Shown here one piece after another: positions 39,161 to 51,909 of a stretch of 64,000 bases of DNA. Below the pieces are notes generated by a model. The model made no database searches. It was given only the letters and a program-made list of their open reading frames with translations, and had not been told where the DNA came from. The DNA lies in assembly GCA_013239625.1 (NCBI GenBank), contig MU054001.1:6497078-6561077 (forward strand). Reading direction: 5' to 3'. Position numbers and translations under genes: made by a program. Source of the stretch: Lama guanicoe (Eukaryota). Position 1 is the stretch's first letter, and every line of letters begins with the position of its first letter.

Positions 39161-41307
39161 TCTTTCCTTGTAAGAAAAAAATTTAGAAGGAGGTAGTAGT
39201 AGATAACCAAAAATAACACATTTTTAGCAAAAGTCGGAAGTGATGATTTGGGCACATAGTAAAAGTCACTAACAAGAGAAAGAAGGAGCAAGCTAGTAAC
39301 AAATAAATAAAATTCATAATTTTCTGAGTCCTGAAGAGGAAAAAATAAACAACTGTCTATATATTTCGTAACAGCAGTTCCTCACCAAAACTGCTTACTG
39401 TCAAAAGAGATTGATTATGTGCAGTCTTGTGGTCTCTTGTCATTTGGAAAGCAGTGACATAATTTAGATGTGTTGATGGTACACTTTCAAGCTACCATTA
39501 TGAAAGGTTGGAAAATGACCAGAAGCAAATTGGGATCTTGCATTTTGTCAAAAAAGAATTGCTGGAGACTTCTGTAGGTATTAGCTAACCACCTGTTCAG
39601 AATAATCTGCATTTTTATCTTCACTCTCAGCTTTATAAAATAATTTAGCTTCGCATTGATACCCTGAGTCACCAAGAAAAGGTTATTTTATGTTCCAGAT
39701 GTTCTGCTTTCATAGGCAAGGAGATTGATAGTACAGATGCCTTTATCTACTTGTACTTGTAGCCAGTGTTGTTTTTCATATTTGTTATGAAATATATTCA
39801 AAGGATCTCATCATCATTTTAAATTACATCAGATCTCTTACTGATTTTATATCTTATATTTCAAATGGTTCGCCATAATCTTTTTAAAATGAAGTTAATC
39901 ACCACCTTTTCCATGGATGTGAAAATATAAAAGTCTTCCTAATTTACAATTAAAGAAGAAAACATTCCATGCCAACTCTGCCTAGGAATGCTTAGTGGTA
40001 GCATGCAAAAGAAATCTCAGTTGGCTTTTTTACATAATTTTCATCTGTTCAAATACTGCTTGAGAGGATAACCTACTTCTGACATTACAACCTACATCAC
40101 TAAGTCTTATCACCTAAATCATTAACTAACCTCTAGTTAATGAATAATAGTAACTCTGTGTAAGGAAGTTATCTGCATTCACAACTTATTGAAGACTGAA
40201 GAATATCTTACTATTTTTGCTTAGGGCATTTTATTGAATTATATGTAGGAGTAGAGCAAATTTTTTATAAAATGTTTGTTTTTCAAAATTAACAAAGCTA
40301 CTGAGTTCAAGAATCATATTCACATCACTGCTTGATTTAATAAAGTTATTACTTCCTCTTAAGCAAATTATTATAAAACCTCCAGAAATATTCAATATGT
40401 GTTTTTTTTAATTAAGTTTTTACCATATAGGGTATCTTTACAGGCTTAAATTTACTTTCATTTTTACACTATTTCTGACTTACTGTCTTATTCAGTAGCT
40501 TTTTTTGGTACTTCAAATGGGGGAGAATACTAAATTGCCCAGTATGGTATGGCAGAATAAAAAAATGACAAAGTGTGTTTCAAATCTTATCCTGGATGAT
40601 AACTCAGAATTGAAGAACTCATATTGTCATATCATGGAAGAACTCATACTGATATATTGACTGACCTTTTCTCACAAACCAACTTCAGCTTCAGTAGTTA
40701 GTATTTATAAAGATCATATTTTCTCTACAATAAGGTTGCCTATTCTTCTGCCCTAATGAGTCCCATATTAAAGTTCTTCACCCTATACTAAAATTTTAAA
40801 ATCTACTACTTATGAAAAAAAGATTATGAGACAGTAAGTTAAAGACACTGACAGGCTTTGTTAATTCAAAAAGATGTATGTTAAATATTATTTACTCTAT
40901 CAGCAATCACTTTAATCAGTCTATTAATAATTACTCCTGCACAATTTATTAGCATAGCATTGCATTCTTTTATAATTTTTGCATTTCCTTTCAATCCATA
41001 GGTATAACCCCTTCATGTTTCTAATGTTATTTGTCTTCTTTATTTATTCATCAGATTCGATTAAGGCTGATCCATTTTATTATTTCATTCATGTCTGTGT
41101 TGTTATTATAGTTGTTTGAAAAATTACTCTTATTTTCAATGATAAAATTGATTTCCATAATATTTTATCTATTTCTGTTTCTATAATCCCTTACATTTTT
41201 GCTATTTTTGTTTGTTTGTTTTAGTTTATTTCATTGAATACATAGCTAATAGAATTTTCCATTTTCTTAATTTCTAGTAAGTGTTTTTAAGAATAAATAG
41301 TTCCTGA

Positions 41308-41410
41308 AGAAGGAGGGTATATCCCAGTGGTAGAGTGCATGTCTAGCAGGCACAAGGTCCTTGTTTCAATCCCCAGTACCTCTGTGTAAATCAATCAATA
41401 CCCAATTGTC
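41308..41410 (+). mobile_element. Vic-1-type SINE (diverged)
   Basis: ggagggtatatcccagtggtagagtgcatgtctagcaggcacaaggtccttgtttcaatccccagtacc. Confidence 0.8.
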
Positions 41411-41629
41411 AGCTTCTCTATCAACTTTTAATTTATATGTTTGCAAACTTGAGTGCATAAGGTTTTGTCCTCTCACTTCTTTTGTTAATCATGAAATCCC
41501 TTTTTATGCACTTAATGCTTTATGCTTTGAATTCTCTTTTTTGTAGTATTATGATTTCTATGCTATTTCTTTTTCTTAGCATTTATCAGACATATTTCTG
41601 TTCCTTTATTTTTAACTTTTCTGTGGCAT

Positions 41630-41860
41630 GTTATTAAGGAAAAATTTGCATTCAATGAAATGCAAAGATTTTACATGTAGAATTTGATGAGTTTTGATAA
41701 TGTTTATACCTACGTAACCAGTACTCCAATCAAGATATAAAACATTTCCATCACTCCAGAAAACTTTCTCATACTTCCCTTCTAGTTAATCCCTAGCCTC
41801 ATAAGTTCTCAGTGTTTTTATTTCTGTCAGCCTAAGTTGTTTGTACCTGTTCTTGAACCC
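41630..41860 (-). mobile_element. Old L1M 3' end
   Basis: tttgatgagttttgataa...aatcaagatataaaacatttccatcactccagaaaac. Confidence 0.7.
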
Positions 41861-41864
41861 CAAA

Positions 41865-42790
41865 ACACTCCTGAGAGTAATTAAAGAAGACCCAAAAAAT
41901 GGAGAAAGATACCGTATTCACACGTCAGAATACTCAATATTCTCTCCATCTGAGAAAGTTGGTTCTCTCCAACTTGGTCTATAGATTGAACACAATTCTA
42001 ATCAAAATCCCAACAAGCTTCTGTAGAAATTGATATGCTGATTCTAATATTTATATGAAAAAACTTGATTAGCTGGTTAAAATATTTAAATTAAAACCTG
42101 AATTAGTCAAAGTTATCTTAAAGAAAACAACAAAAAAGGAAGACTCCTTCTACCTGACTTTAGACTTTCTGTGAAGTTGCAGTAATCAAGGCATTGTGAT
42201 ATTTGCGTAAGAAATACATATAGAGATCAGTGGAACAGAACAGTGAGTCCAGAAATAGAGCTATACATATTATGACCAACTGATTTGTTTACATAGGTGC
42301 CAAGGCAATTCAGTGAAAAAGTTATACAAAAATATGAAAAGATGTTCAGCATCAGTGGTAATTAAGGAAATGCAGTTAAAGCCATTTTGATACTCTTATT
42401 CATGTGCACTAAAATGGTTGCAATTAAAAAAGCAAATAACACCAAATGTTGGTAAGGATGTAGAACAGCTGGAACCCTCATACATTTTTTGACAGAAATG
42501 TAAAATTGCATAATCATTTTGGAAAATTCTGTCAGTTTCTCATGAAGTTAAACATGTACCTTTCCTGTGATCCAGCAATTTCATTCCTAGGTATTTATGC
42601 AAGAGAAATGAAAAATTCACAAAAAGGCTTATAAATTGGAAACAAATCAGATGTCCATAACAAGAAAATAGATAAACAAGTGATGGTATATTTATACAAT
42701 TTAACAATTCTTATCGATAAAAAATAATAATAAATTACTAAAGAAGTGTAGTCAGCAGCATAGGTGGACCTCTAAAACCTTAAGTTAAGA
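41865..42790 (+). mobile_element. Old L1M ORF2 C-terminus/3'UTR fragment
   Basis: aattaaagaagacc...tctatagattgaacacaattctaatcaaaatcccaac...gatcagtggaacagaac...ccagcaatttcattcctaggtattta. Confidence 0.8.
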
Positions 42791-42869
42791 AAGGGCTACA
42801 TGATGGAAATTTTAAAAAACTGATTATATAAGTCTTTGTCTTCTAATGATAGAATTTAACCCATTCAAA

Positions 42870-43115
42870 GAAGCAGTATAATTGAGTAGTGAAAAGCTTG
42901 CACTGTGGAGCCTAGATTCAGATTCTAGCTCTACAGTTTATTATTTGTTTGATCATGGCAAGTAACCTTTCTCAGTTTTAATACCTGTTAATGAGAATAA
43001 TAATAGTACCTACGTCGTGAGGTTATTGTAAGAATGAAATGAGTTAACATATGCAAAGGACTTGCAACACTGCTTGGCACAGTATAAGATTCTATGTAGT
43101 GCCTACTGTTATTTT
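42870..43115 (+). mobile_element. MIR SINE
   Basis: agcagtata...ctgtggagcctag...ggcaagtaac...taataatagtacctac...gaatgaaatgagttaa. Confidence 0.75.
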
Positions 43116-43559
43116 AATTATTAGTGATATTAGGTGATTACACATGCTTTAATTTATTCTTGCCACTTAATGTTTGTATTCATTGTTTTTATCTCATTTT
43201 TCTTCTTTCTTTTCTGCCTTCTGTTGAGTCATTCAAATTTTTCTTCCTTTTGTACTTCCTAAGATGGTTGGTATATTATAAATTTTATTGCTGTTTTAGT
43301 CATTACACTTAAACGTTCAGTACTTATGTTTAAACTTCATTTCTTTAGTGAACTAGACATTAGTTCACTAACTACAGATAAGACAGTCCTTAAGACAAGA
43401 TTTTTAGCATACATTCAATTCTCTTTCTCCTACCCAGTTACTCTCATGCAGTGATATTACCGTACTGATATCATCCAAGTTTTACCTATTTATGTATGTA
43501 CTTACTTTCACATTTTCTTGCTATAATTATTTACACTTGGCTACAAAGTTTGCTAGTTT

Positions 43560-45700
43560 CTTTTTTTAATTTATTTTATTTTTAATTTGCATTAATTTTT
43601 GTATTTTATTAGATGTACATGACTATATTCTACTTGGAGAAAAGGTACACATTACAAATATTACCAATCCCTTTCCCTGCCCTCAAATTAATCACTGTTG
43701 CTAATTCGGTGTATTGTGTCCTTCCAGATCTGTTGCAGTGAATTTACATGTACATGCAGACTTTTTAAAAGAGAACGTATATAAATATTTTATGTATTAT
43801 GTATTACATGCATATAAATAGTATGTACATATAATAGTTTATAGAGAGTATTATTTTATATTTAGTATTTTGGAAAATTTCAGGATATAGAGTGAGTTAT
43901 GTAATGAAGCTTCTCCATGTTCTCATCCCCTAACTTCAAAAGTTATTAGCTCTCAGCTTCAACAATTATAAATTCATAGTCTTTTTTCAGCTATACCTCG
44001 TTGTGTCCTCCCCACACCTCCCATGGATTATTTTAAAGAAAATCTCAGACATAGTATCCTTTCACTGTTAATATTTTAGTATGAATCTCTAAAATATAAA
44101 TACTCTTAAAAACATAATTATGTGACTTGCTAATGACTTGCTTTATCACACCTAATGACTTGCTTCTTCTAAAAAATTAACAAGAATTCTGTATACAATA
44201 ATATACAATCAATTGTTCAGATTTTCTAGACTGTCTTATAAATGTTGAATTGTATTTACCCATATATTTTTTAAATTATTTTTATTAAGTATTACAAACA
44301 TGTACAAAAGCACGCACAGAAGTACATAGCTAAATACTCATGCAACCCCCACCCAGGTCAAGATAGAGAATGTTTCCATTGCTCCAGAAATCCCCCTCAC
44401 GCCACTTCCCAGTTACTAGGCTTTGCCTCCGTCTCTAGCCTAATCACTTAGGTTGCTTACAATTTTTTTAGTACAGAAAATGCTGCTGTGAAAATTCTTG
44501 TACAAGTCTTTGATGCACACATGCACGCATCCTGTCTGATTATACTCAGGAGAGGACTTGGGGAGTCATAGGCTATGTGTACCTTCAGCTTCCGTGACCA
44601 TTTCAGCTTTCCATAGGAGTGTTGTAGGAGCTCCTTATGCATTCTGTATATGACCTTTTCATTGGTTTCACGTATGCCCTTTCATTCTGTTAAAGGTGTC
44701 TTTTTGATCAACAGAAGCTCTTCATTTGAATCTAGTCCAGCTTATCAATCTTTTACCATATGGATTGTACTTTTGTTGTCCTGTTTAAGAAAATTTTCCT
44801 AGCCTAGTTTCAGGACAATAATTTCCTACATTGTGTTCAAGACTTCTATTCTTTTGCCTTTCACATTTACCTTAACAGTCTGCCTAGAATTGATTTTTGT
44901 ATGTGGCATGAGGAAGGGGTAGTTTTATAGACTTTAAAAAATTATTATTTTAGGTATTTTTCTGCAGTTTGCTTCTTTTAGTCGATAATAATACAGTAGT
45001 ATTTTCACACTGGAATACGCAGACACATCTACCTTACTCTTTTTAACTGTTGTATAGAACTGCATCAAATGGACATACTATAGTTTGACCATTTCTCCAT
45101 TGGTACACATTGAGGTAATTGCCATTTGTTGCTGTAACAAACAGTGAACATTTTCAAGCATGCCTCTTTGTGTATTTGTGAGAAAATATCTATGGTTTGA
45201 TGTGAAAAGTGAAATTTCTGGATCATAAGACACGTATGTTTAAATTTTTAAATGAAGTCAAATTGTCATTCAAAGCAGCATTGTGTTCCCTGCTAGTATT
45301 TTATGAGGTTGCCCACTTCTCCACATCACTGCAGACATGGTATGATTAAACTTAAAACATGGTAAACTGACAGAAAAAATGGTTTTCATTGTTGCTTGAA
45401 TTGGCATATCCCTCATTACTAGCGAGGTTGAATATTTTTATATATGTTTATAAGGCCATTTGTATTTTCTCTCCTTTGGATTGCTTTTGCCAATTTTTCT
45501 GTTAGCTGTTTTTTTTTTTTTTAATTCTTACTAATTTGTAGCAATTATATGTCTGGGCACTAATCCTTTATCAAGTATATATGTTGCAAACATTTTCTTC
45601 TAGTTAAGAAATTTTTTAGTAATTGAACAGATATTGTTAGTTTTGACGTGGGCAAAATTATCCATCTTTTAGGTGATCTGCTTTTGTGTCATGGATGATG
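43560..45700 (-). mobile_element. Cluster of old L1M 3' fragments (nested)
   Basis: Several L1 3'UTR/ORF2 motifs (cacccaggtcaagatagagaa, tgctgctgtgaaaattcttgtac, gttgcaaacattttcttc). Confidence 0.7.
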
Positions 45701-45915
45701 TTTCTGTACATTCCAACTCTATTTTTCAATTTGTCCCAAATTTGATATAGAATTGTTAGACCAGGCTTATTATTGGATTACTCAAAGCCTCTCTTTCAGA
45801 AATTGCATACATGTGATCTGTGGGCTGAATTCAGCCTGTGGCCTGTTTTCCTTGAATAATCAGGAGAATTCATATAGAAGTATGGATTTCTGATTTCTGT
45901 TTAAAAAAAAACAGT

Positions 45916-46135
45916 CTTTTTTTTTTAGAAGTATAGTCGATTTACAATGTTGTGTTAATTTCTGATGCATAGCATAGTGATTGAGTTAACATACATATAT
46001 ATTACTTTTCATATTTTCATTATAGTCTATTACAAGTTATTAAGTATAGTTCCCTGTGCTCTACAATAGTACCTTGTTGTTTATCTATTTTATATATAGT
46101 AGCTAGTATCTATAGACTCCCAGTTTATCCCTCCT
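45916..46135 (-). mobile_element. Short cetartiodactyl-type L1 3' end, next to a probable MER102-like fragment (about 45800-45910)
   Basis: Poly-T then gaagtatagtcgatttacaatgttgtg...ttccctgtgct. Confidence 0.8.
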
Positions 46136-46916
46136 AAAGTTTGCTGGTTTCTTTGACCACCATTGAACACCCATGTTTTCCATTCTTTCTTTGTTTCATC
46201 TGTTATTTTTCTGGATACATTGTCAAGTAATTCTATCAAGGAGAATCTGCAGACTCTTTCCGAGACCTTACAGGTCTGAAAACTTCTTTATTTTCCTCCA
46301 TCCTGAATGCTAATTTGGCAGAGTATAGCCTTCTAAGTTGATATGAGTATATGCTAATCTTTCTAGATGAACTGTGTTAATAAATTTCATTACTTAGTCA
46401 CCACAGCTACCAAGATAAATTCCAGTAAGCATTTTCTATATAATTGATGAGTTCACTGCTAACTTCGTTTTTGCATAAAATTATGCTAATATAAAGCAAA
46501 GTAAGCTTTTTAACTCTTGAATCATCAGCATTTACAGTTAACTTTTATAATTGGTGAGCAGTTGCTGGAAAAGGAGAAAGCATTCTAGACTATATACGTG
46601 AATCAATTTTGTTTCATTTTCCTTCCTAGATAGTAGCCACAAAGTTTTATTGCCTCTAAGGAACAGTAACCGAATTTCTTCAAAAGAACAGTAACATGGG
46701 AGATTTTGAACTTCTGTTTTCATAATTCTTACTAGCTGTATAAGTTATACTAATGTTGTTAGAAACTGGTAGCATAGAATCAGTTTCCCAGAATGACAGA
46801 ATTGAAGATGCTTCTCCTAATAGTCCATGAATTGGGAAAACTTAGATTCAGACCTGTTGTGTCCTTGAGGTCAGATACATTCATGAAAAGAGAAAACACA
46901 AACAAGTTTTCTTTTT

Positions 46917-47727
46917 CAAATTTTCCTGTTGAGGTACCATTGGTTTATAACATTGTACAAGGTTCATGTGTACGACATTACATTTCTGTTTATATGCACT
47001 ACAGTGTGCTCATCCACCAAAAATTTAGTTTCCATCTGTCACCAGACAGTTAATCCCCTTTATCCATTTCCCCCTCCTCCCCACTCGCTCCTTCCCCTTG
47101 GTCACTACTGCTCTATTCTTTGCATCTACATTTTTTCTTTGGTTTGGTTTGATCACATATTTGGGAGGATTTTTATTTGTTTGTATTTTACGTATTACGT
47201 TCGTGGTGGGCTGCTGTGTCTGGGTCTCCTGAGTCACAGGCCTCGCCACCACTGGGGGAGGGAAAGAGCAAGAGGGAGCCAGGGCTGTGGGTACCCCTTC
47301 CGTGTCCATTGTTTTCTGGTTCATGGGTTCCACTGCTGCAGGCAGTGGGTGGGGGGCCAGAGTCGTGGGCGCCTCCACAGCTGGAGGGACGGGACCATAG
47401 TCCTTCTGCCACTGCTTCCTTGTTAACTGTAGCCACAAGCACAAGCAGCCAGGAGGCCAGAGTCGGATGTGCCATGGCCCCTGTTGCTACTGGGTTCTCT
47501 GCGGCCATGGGCCCAGCTGCTGCTGCCAGGGATCCATGTGAGCAGGGTTGTAGTTACTGCCTTCACTGTTCCCCCTTTTCCACCCACTTTAAATATGCAG
47601 ATGTATGAATTTTCTAGCCTGATGTGTTGGGCAGAGACACCTTTGTTGAGCTGTGGATGTTTTACTGGCTTTAGACTTGAAGGAGAGAACAAGGGGAGCA
47701 TCTCACTCCACCATGACGCTGATGTCC
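46917..47727 (-). mobile_element. Compact L1: 5'UTR (about 47198-47727) fused directly to 3'UTR (about 46917-47197)
   Basis: Minus strand begins ggacatcagcgtcatggtggagtgag (L1 5'-terminus-like), continues as GC-rich UTR, then an L1MA-type 3'UTR; flanking ttttcttttt at 46907-46916 and 47728-47737. Confidence 0.65.
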
Positions 47728-47894
47728 TTTTCTTTTTTTTCTCCCAATGTTTGACAACGTTTGTCCCGAAAGGGATTTGACTTAGGGTGCATTGTAAAAC
47801 ACATCTTTCTTCCACTACATTGTGTATCACATGGGGTTAAAAGAAAAGTTTACTTCTAATTGAAGCTTAGGATAAAACATTTTTAATTTAATTT

Positions 47895-48055
47895 TGAAAA
47901 CATGGGCTTCAGTCTTCAGCTTCAATCCAGTGCTGCCACTAGGAACTCTGTTTCCTCTAGCAAGGTATTTAGCCTGTCTATATATCTATAAATCTATACA
48001 GTAAGGAAGACTGTACCTACCTTGTAAATCTCTTGTGTGATTAAATGAAACATGA
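47895..48055 (+). mobile_element. MIR fragment
   Basis: catgggcttcagtc...tgccactag...caaggtatttagcct...gattaaatgaaa. Confidence 0.55.
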
Positions 48056-48709
48056 TTCCTTCCTCTTCCCTCCAAATCTTACCTTATTAAGAAATATATT
48101 TAAACTAGACTGTCAACAACATGAATGTCAACTTTAGTTCCAAAAGATCTGTGATAGCTAGGTGAACTCCTACCACCTACAGACCACACAGATTATTGTC
48201 AGAGAAAGGACTAAAGGCTATTTTATTCCTGTTAATTTTGTACCACAGGAGCTTCCAAAGGAGAATGAAAAGGGAAAATTAAAAGGTGTCAGCAAAAAGT
48301 TTTCTTCTGTTGATTTCAGGAAGTGACTTAAAATATGCCAAGTCTTTCCAGACCTCATTTTCAGCCTTTTCTCCCTAAGACTGGGAGATTGAATGCTATA
48401 GTGGGCCACTGTTTTCAGTGTTGCTACTACACATGATTTAAAAGAAACAAAACAAAACAAAAAACATAATAGACCTGTAGTAGCAAGATCTAGCTTTTTA
48501 TAGATAAATGGAATCAATTTTTGGTCCTTCATGACTGGCTTCTTTCACTTAGCATAGTATTTTCAAGGTTTACCTATGTTGTAACATGTATAAATACCTC
48601 TTTTTATTAATAATCTTCCACAGCATGTATATTCTAAATTTTATTTATCCAGGCTTCAAGTGGTGACTGGCACAGTGTTGTCAAAGAGTACCAAGAATGA
48701 CAGTGGACT

Positions 48710-51370
48710 GTGTATTAATATATTACCACAGACATAGTATCTCTGAAAAGCACAAGTGTATTCTGCTGCAATTCTGGAGGTCAGAAGTCTGAAATCAGTT
48801 TCACTGGGTTAAAGTCAGAGAGCTAACAATGCTGGTTCATTCTAGAGGCCATAGCTAAAAATCTCTTCCCTTGCCTTTTCCGGGTTCTCAAGGCTGCCAA
48901 CATTCCTTGGTTCATGGCCTCTTCCTCCATTGTGAAACCCAACAGCGTAGCATCTTTGTATTATTCAGGGTTCTCCAGAGAAACAGAACCAATAGGAGAT
49001 ATACAGATAGAAACTCAGAGAGTGGGGGAGGGAGGAAGAGGGATTGAGATTTACTGTAAGGAATTGGCTCTCATGATTGTGGAGGCAAAGTCCTGTGACC
49101 TACACTTAGCAGGCTGATGACCCAAGAGAGCCATTGTGTAGTTCCAGTCCTCATCTGAACCAGGAAGGTTGATGGTTTAAGTTCCAATCCAAATTCCAAC
49201 CAGGCTCAAAGCCCAAGAAAAGGCAGTGTTTCAGTCCGAGTCCCAAGGCCAAAAAAGACCAATGTCCCGGCTGAGCAGTGGCAGAAGGAGTTCCCTCTTA
49301 GTCAGCCTTTTTGTCCTATTCATGTCTTTAATTAGTGGGGTGAGACCCACCCACCTTAGGGAAAGTGATCTGCCTTAGGAATTTGAACCACCAACTTGAA
49401 TGTTAGTCTCACCCAGAAACACTGCCAAAGACATACCCAGAATAATATTTAACCATATGCCTGGGCATTGTATGCCCCCATCAAGTTGACACATAAAATT
49501 AACCATCAATATCTTTTCTCTTTTCTGACCTCTCTATTTCCATTCTTACATCTTCTCCCTTGCTCCCATGTTCCTGTTTCCCTTTGATAAGGAACATCAT
49601 GATCTTCTCTGGGGAACAATTATTCAGCCTATTATGATGAGACCCTCTGACTTCCTAATGATTCACCGTCATGCTACATGCAGAATACACTCACTCCTTC
49701 TCAATATCCCCAAAAATCTGCACCTGTTAGTGCATCATCTCAAGTCCAGAATGTCATTTAAGTCTCAAATGACAAAAAGTCTCAAAAGTCCCAAATCTCA
49801 TTATGTATATTATCTAAATTAGGCACATGTACAGCTATCAGGGTAAATTGATATTAGGGCAAAATTAGTTTTTGTTTATGGATCTGTAAAACTAGAAATA
49901 AAAATACAATGATGAGACAAGCATAGGATAATTATAAATATAAGCATAGGATAATTATAGATATTCCCATTCAAAAAGGGAGAAAGCTAAGGGAAAAAAA
50001 GGAATTACTGCTCTTAAACAATTACAAAATCCAACCAGACATACTACATTAGGTCCGAGGCCCTCAGCGCCATCACAGGCCCACAGCTTGTCCATTTCTC
50101 CTAAAAGGTGTTACATGTTTGCAGCCAAGTGGTTCATCAGCATATTTCCTGCCTGTAGAATTTTGAGAGTCTAATAGCCTTCTTTCATTTCTTTCTCTCC
50201 CTGTTCCTTTCCATCCAACCTGCTGGTATTTCTGCTGGTATAGCATTTTCAAAAACTCGATGGGTCTTCTGCCATGTTTCTAAGGGATTCTTTCCCTCAG
50301 ACAAGAGGCTTCTCCACAAATCTTTCTTGGATAAACCTGTCTCCATTTTTGGCTTCTGAAATGGCTAAGGGGGTACATGAGTCACACACCTAATCTCTTC
50401 AGAGAGCCCTATTTGTGATTGAGTACTTTTGATTTTTTGATCCTTCCAAGACAGCAGCAAAATATTGTTCATGCATGTCCTTGACATTCTCTCTTGAGCA
50501 TGTCTTCCTGACTGAATCTCTTAATTTTTCTGTCTTTTCAACCTGCATAGGCTGAAAATTTCCCAAATCATCAAGTTCTGGTTTCTTTTTGATTAACAGT
50601 CCTCCCTCAATTTGTTTCTTACCTGTCACATTTTCCATAAACAGTAAAACCACATTTTACCTTCAAAAATTTTCTTCAAATCTTTTCAGTTAAATGGACA
50701 CATTCATCACTTAAAATTCTGCTTTTCATGTAACTGTTGCACACAAGTCAGCTAATCCTTTTGCCACTTCATTACAAGGATCCTCTTTCCTCCAGTTTCC
50801 AACAGCATATTCCTCATCTCTGTTTCAGCCCTTACCAGCAGAGCTTTTAACATCCATTTTTCCGCCAACAATCCATTTATGATGATTTAGGTATTCTCTA
50901 TGAAGGTATAGGTTTTTTTGATCATTCTTCTGAGCCTTCACCATCAGTCTTCAACATCCATATTTCTACAAATAGCAGTCTGTTCGAAGCAGTTTAGGCT
51001 TTTTCTATTATGCTCCTCAAATTGTTTCAGCCTCCACCTGCTACCCGATTTCAAAGCCACTTCCATATATTTAGGTATTTGTAGCACTGTGCCACTTCTG
51101 GTACCAAAGTATGTATTAGTTTTCTATTGCCACTGTAACAAATTATCACAGATTTAGTGGTTTAACAATATACATTTATTCCGCAACATTTCTGGAGATC
51201 AGAATTTCTGTATGAGTCTTAGAAAGCTAAAACCAAGCTTTTGGCAGTGTTGGTTCCTTCTGGAGTCTCAAATGGAGAGTTTATCCTCTACCTCTTTCAG
51301 CTTCTGGAAACTATTCTTGTTCTGCTGAGGCCCACATCAGCCGATCTTTGGGTGGCCATTATTCTGCCTG
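48710..51370 (-). mobile_element. MaLR (MLT1D/E-like) provirus: LTR (48710-49635, interrupted), internal region, LTR (about 51112-51370)
   Basis: Two same-orientation LTR copies (ttctggaggtcagaagtctg / ttctggagatcagaatttctg; ending attattcagcct / attattctgcct) flank MLT-int-like sequence. Confidence 0.75.
48957..49508 (-). mobile_element. MLT2-type (ERVL) solo LTR inserted in the MLT1 LTR
   Basis: tgtattattcagggttctccagagaaacagaaccaatagga ... caagttgacacataaaattaaccatca; atctt on both sides. Confidence 0.85.
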
Positions 51371-51692
51371 AATGAACCTTCAGGACATTATGCAAAGTGA
51401 AAGAAGCCGGTGACAAAAGGAGAAATATTGTATTGTTCCACTTATATGAAGTACCCAGGGTAATCAAATCCATAGAGACAAAAATTAGAATGGTGGTTAC
51501 CAGGAGCTGGGGGAGAGGGGAATGGGGATTACTGTTTAATGAGTATAGCACTTCAGTTTTTGAAGATGATAAATATTCTGGAACTTGATAGTGGTGATGA
51601 TTGCACAGCAGTGTAAATGTATGTAATGCCCCTGAACTTTTAAATTGTTAAAAGTGGTAAATTAGGTATGTTTTCCACAATAAGAAAGAAAA
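51371..51692 (+). mobile_element. L1MB-type 3' end
   Basis: atgaaccttcaggacattatgc...aaatccatagagaca...ttaccaggagctggggg...ttttccacaataagaaag. Confidence 0.8.
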
Positions 51693-51909
51693 CTCATAGA
51701 CTATTAAAAGAGCGTTGTCTTCATCTGCAAAAATGGAGGCAATACAATATGTTATTTAACAGGAATAAAACTGTCTTTCCTTACCATAATAACCTTGAAA
51801 ATAGCTAAAATATCCCTTTAATCTACTAAACTGATTATCTGTTTTCTCTTTCTTCTATCCTAATCCCTGTTATTTCAGTTTGTCAAGATATTTTTTTCTC
51901 TTAAGAAAC

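Noticed and set aside
46929..47830. Overlapping 100-165 aa ORFs
   Set aside because: They fall within L1 UTR-derived sequence, and several use non-ATG starts from a prokaryote-style ORF caller
36039..49959. Short local duplications (tgagtctgaagac at 36039/36057; gaagaactcata near 40612/40637; taatgacttgctt near 44131/44153; aagcataggataattata at 49919/49942)
   Set aside because: These are ordinary slippage or repair duplications with no periodic array or shared motif
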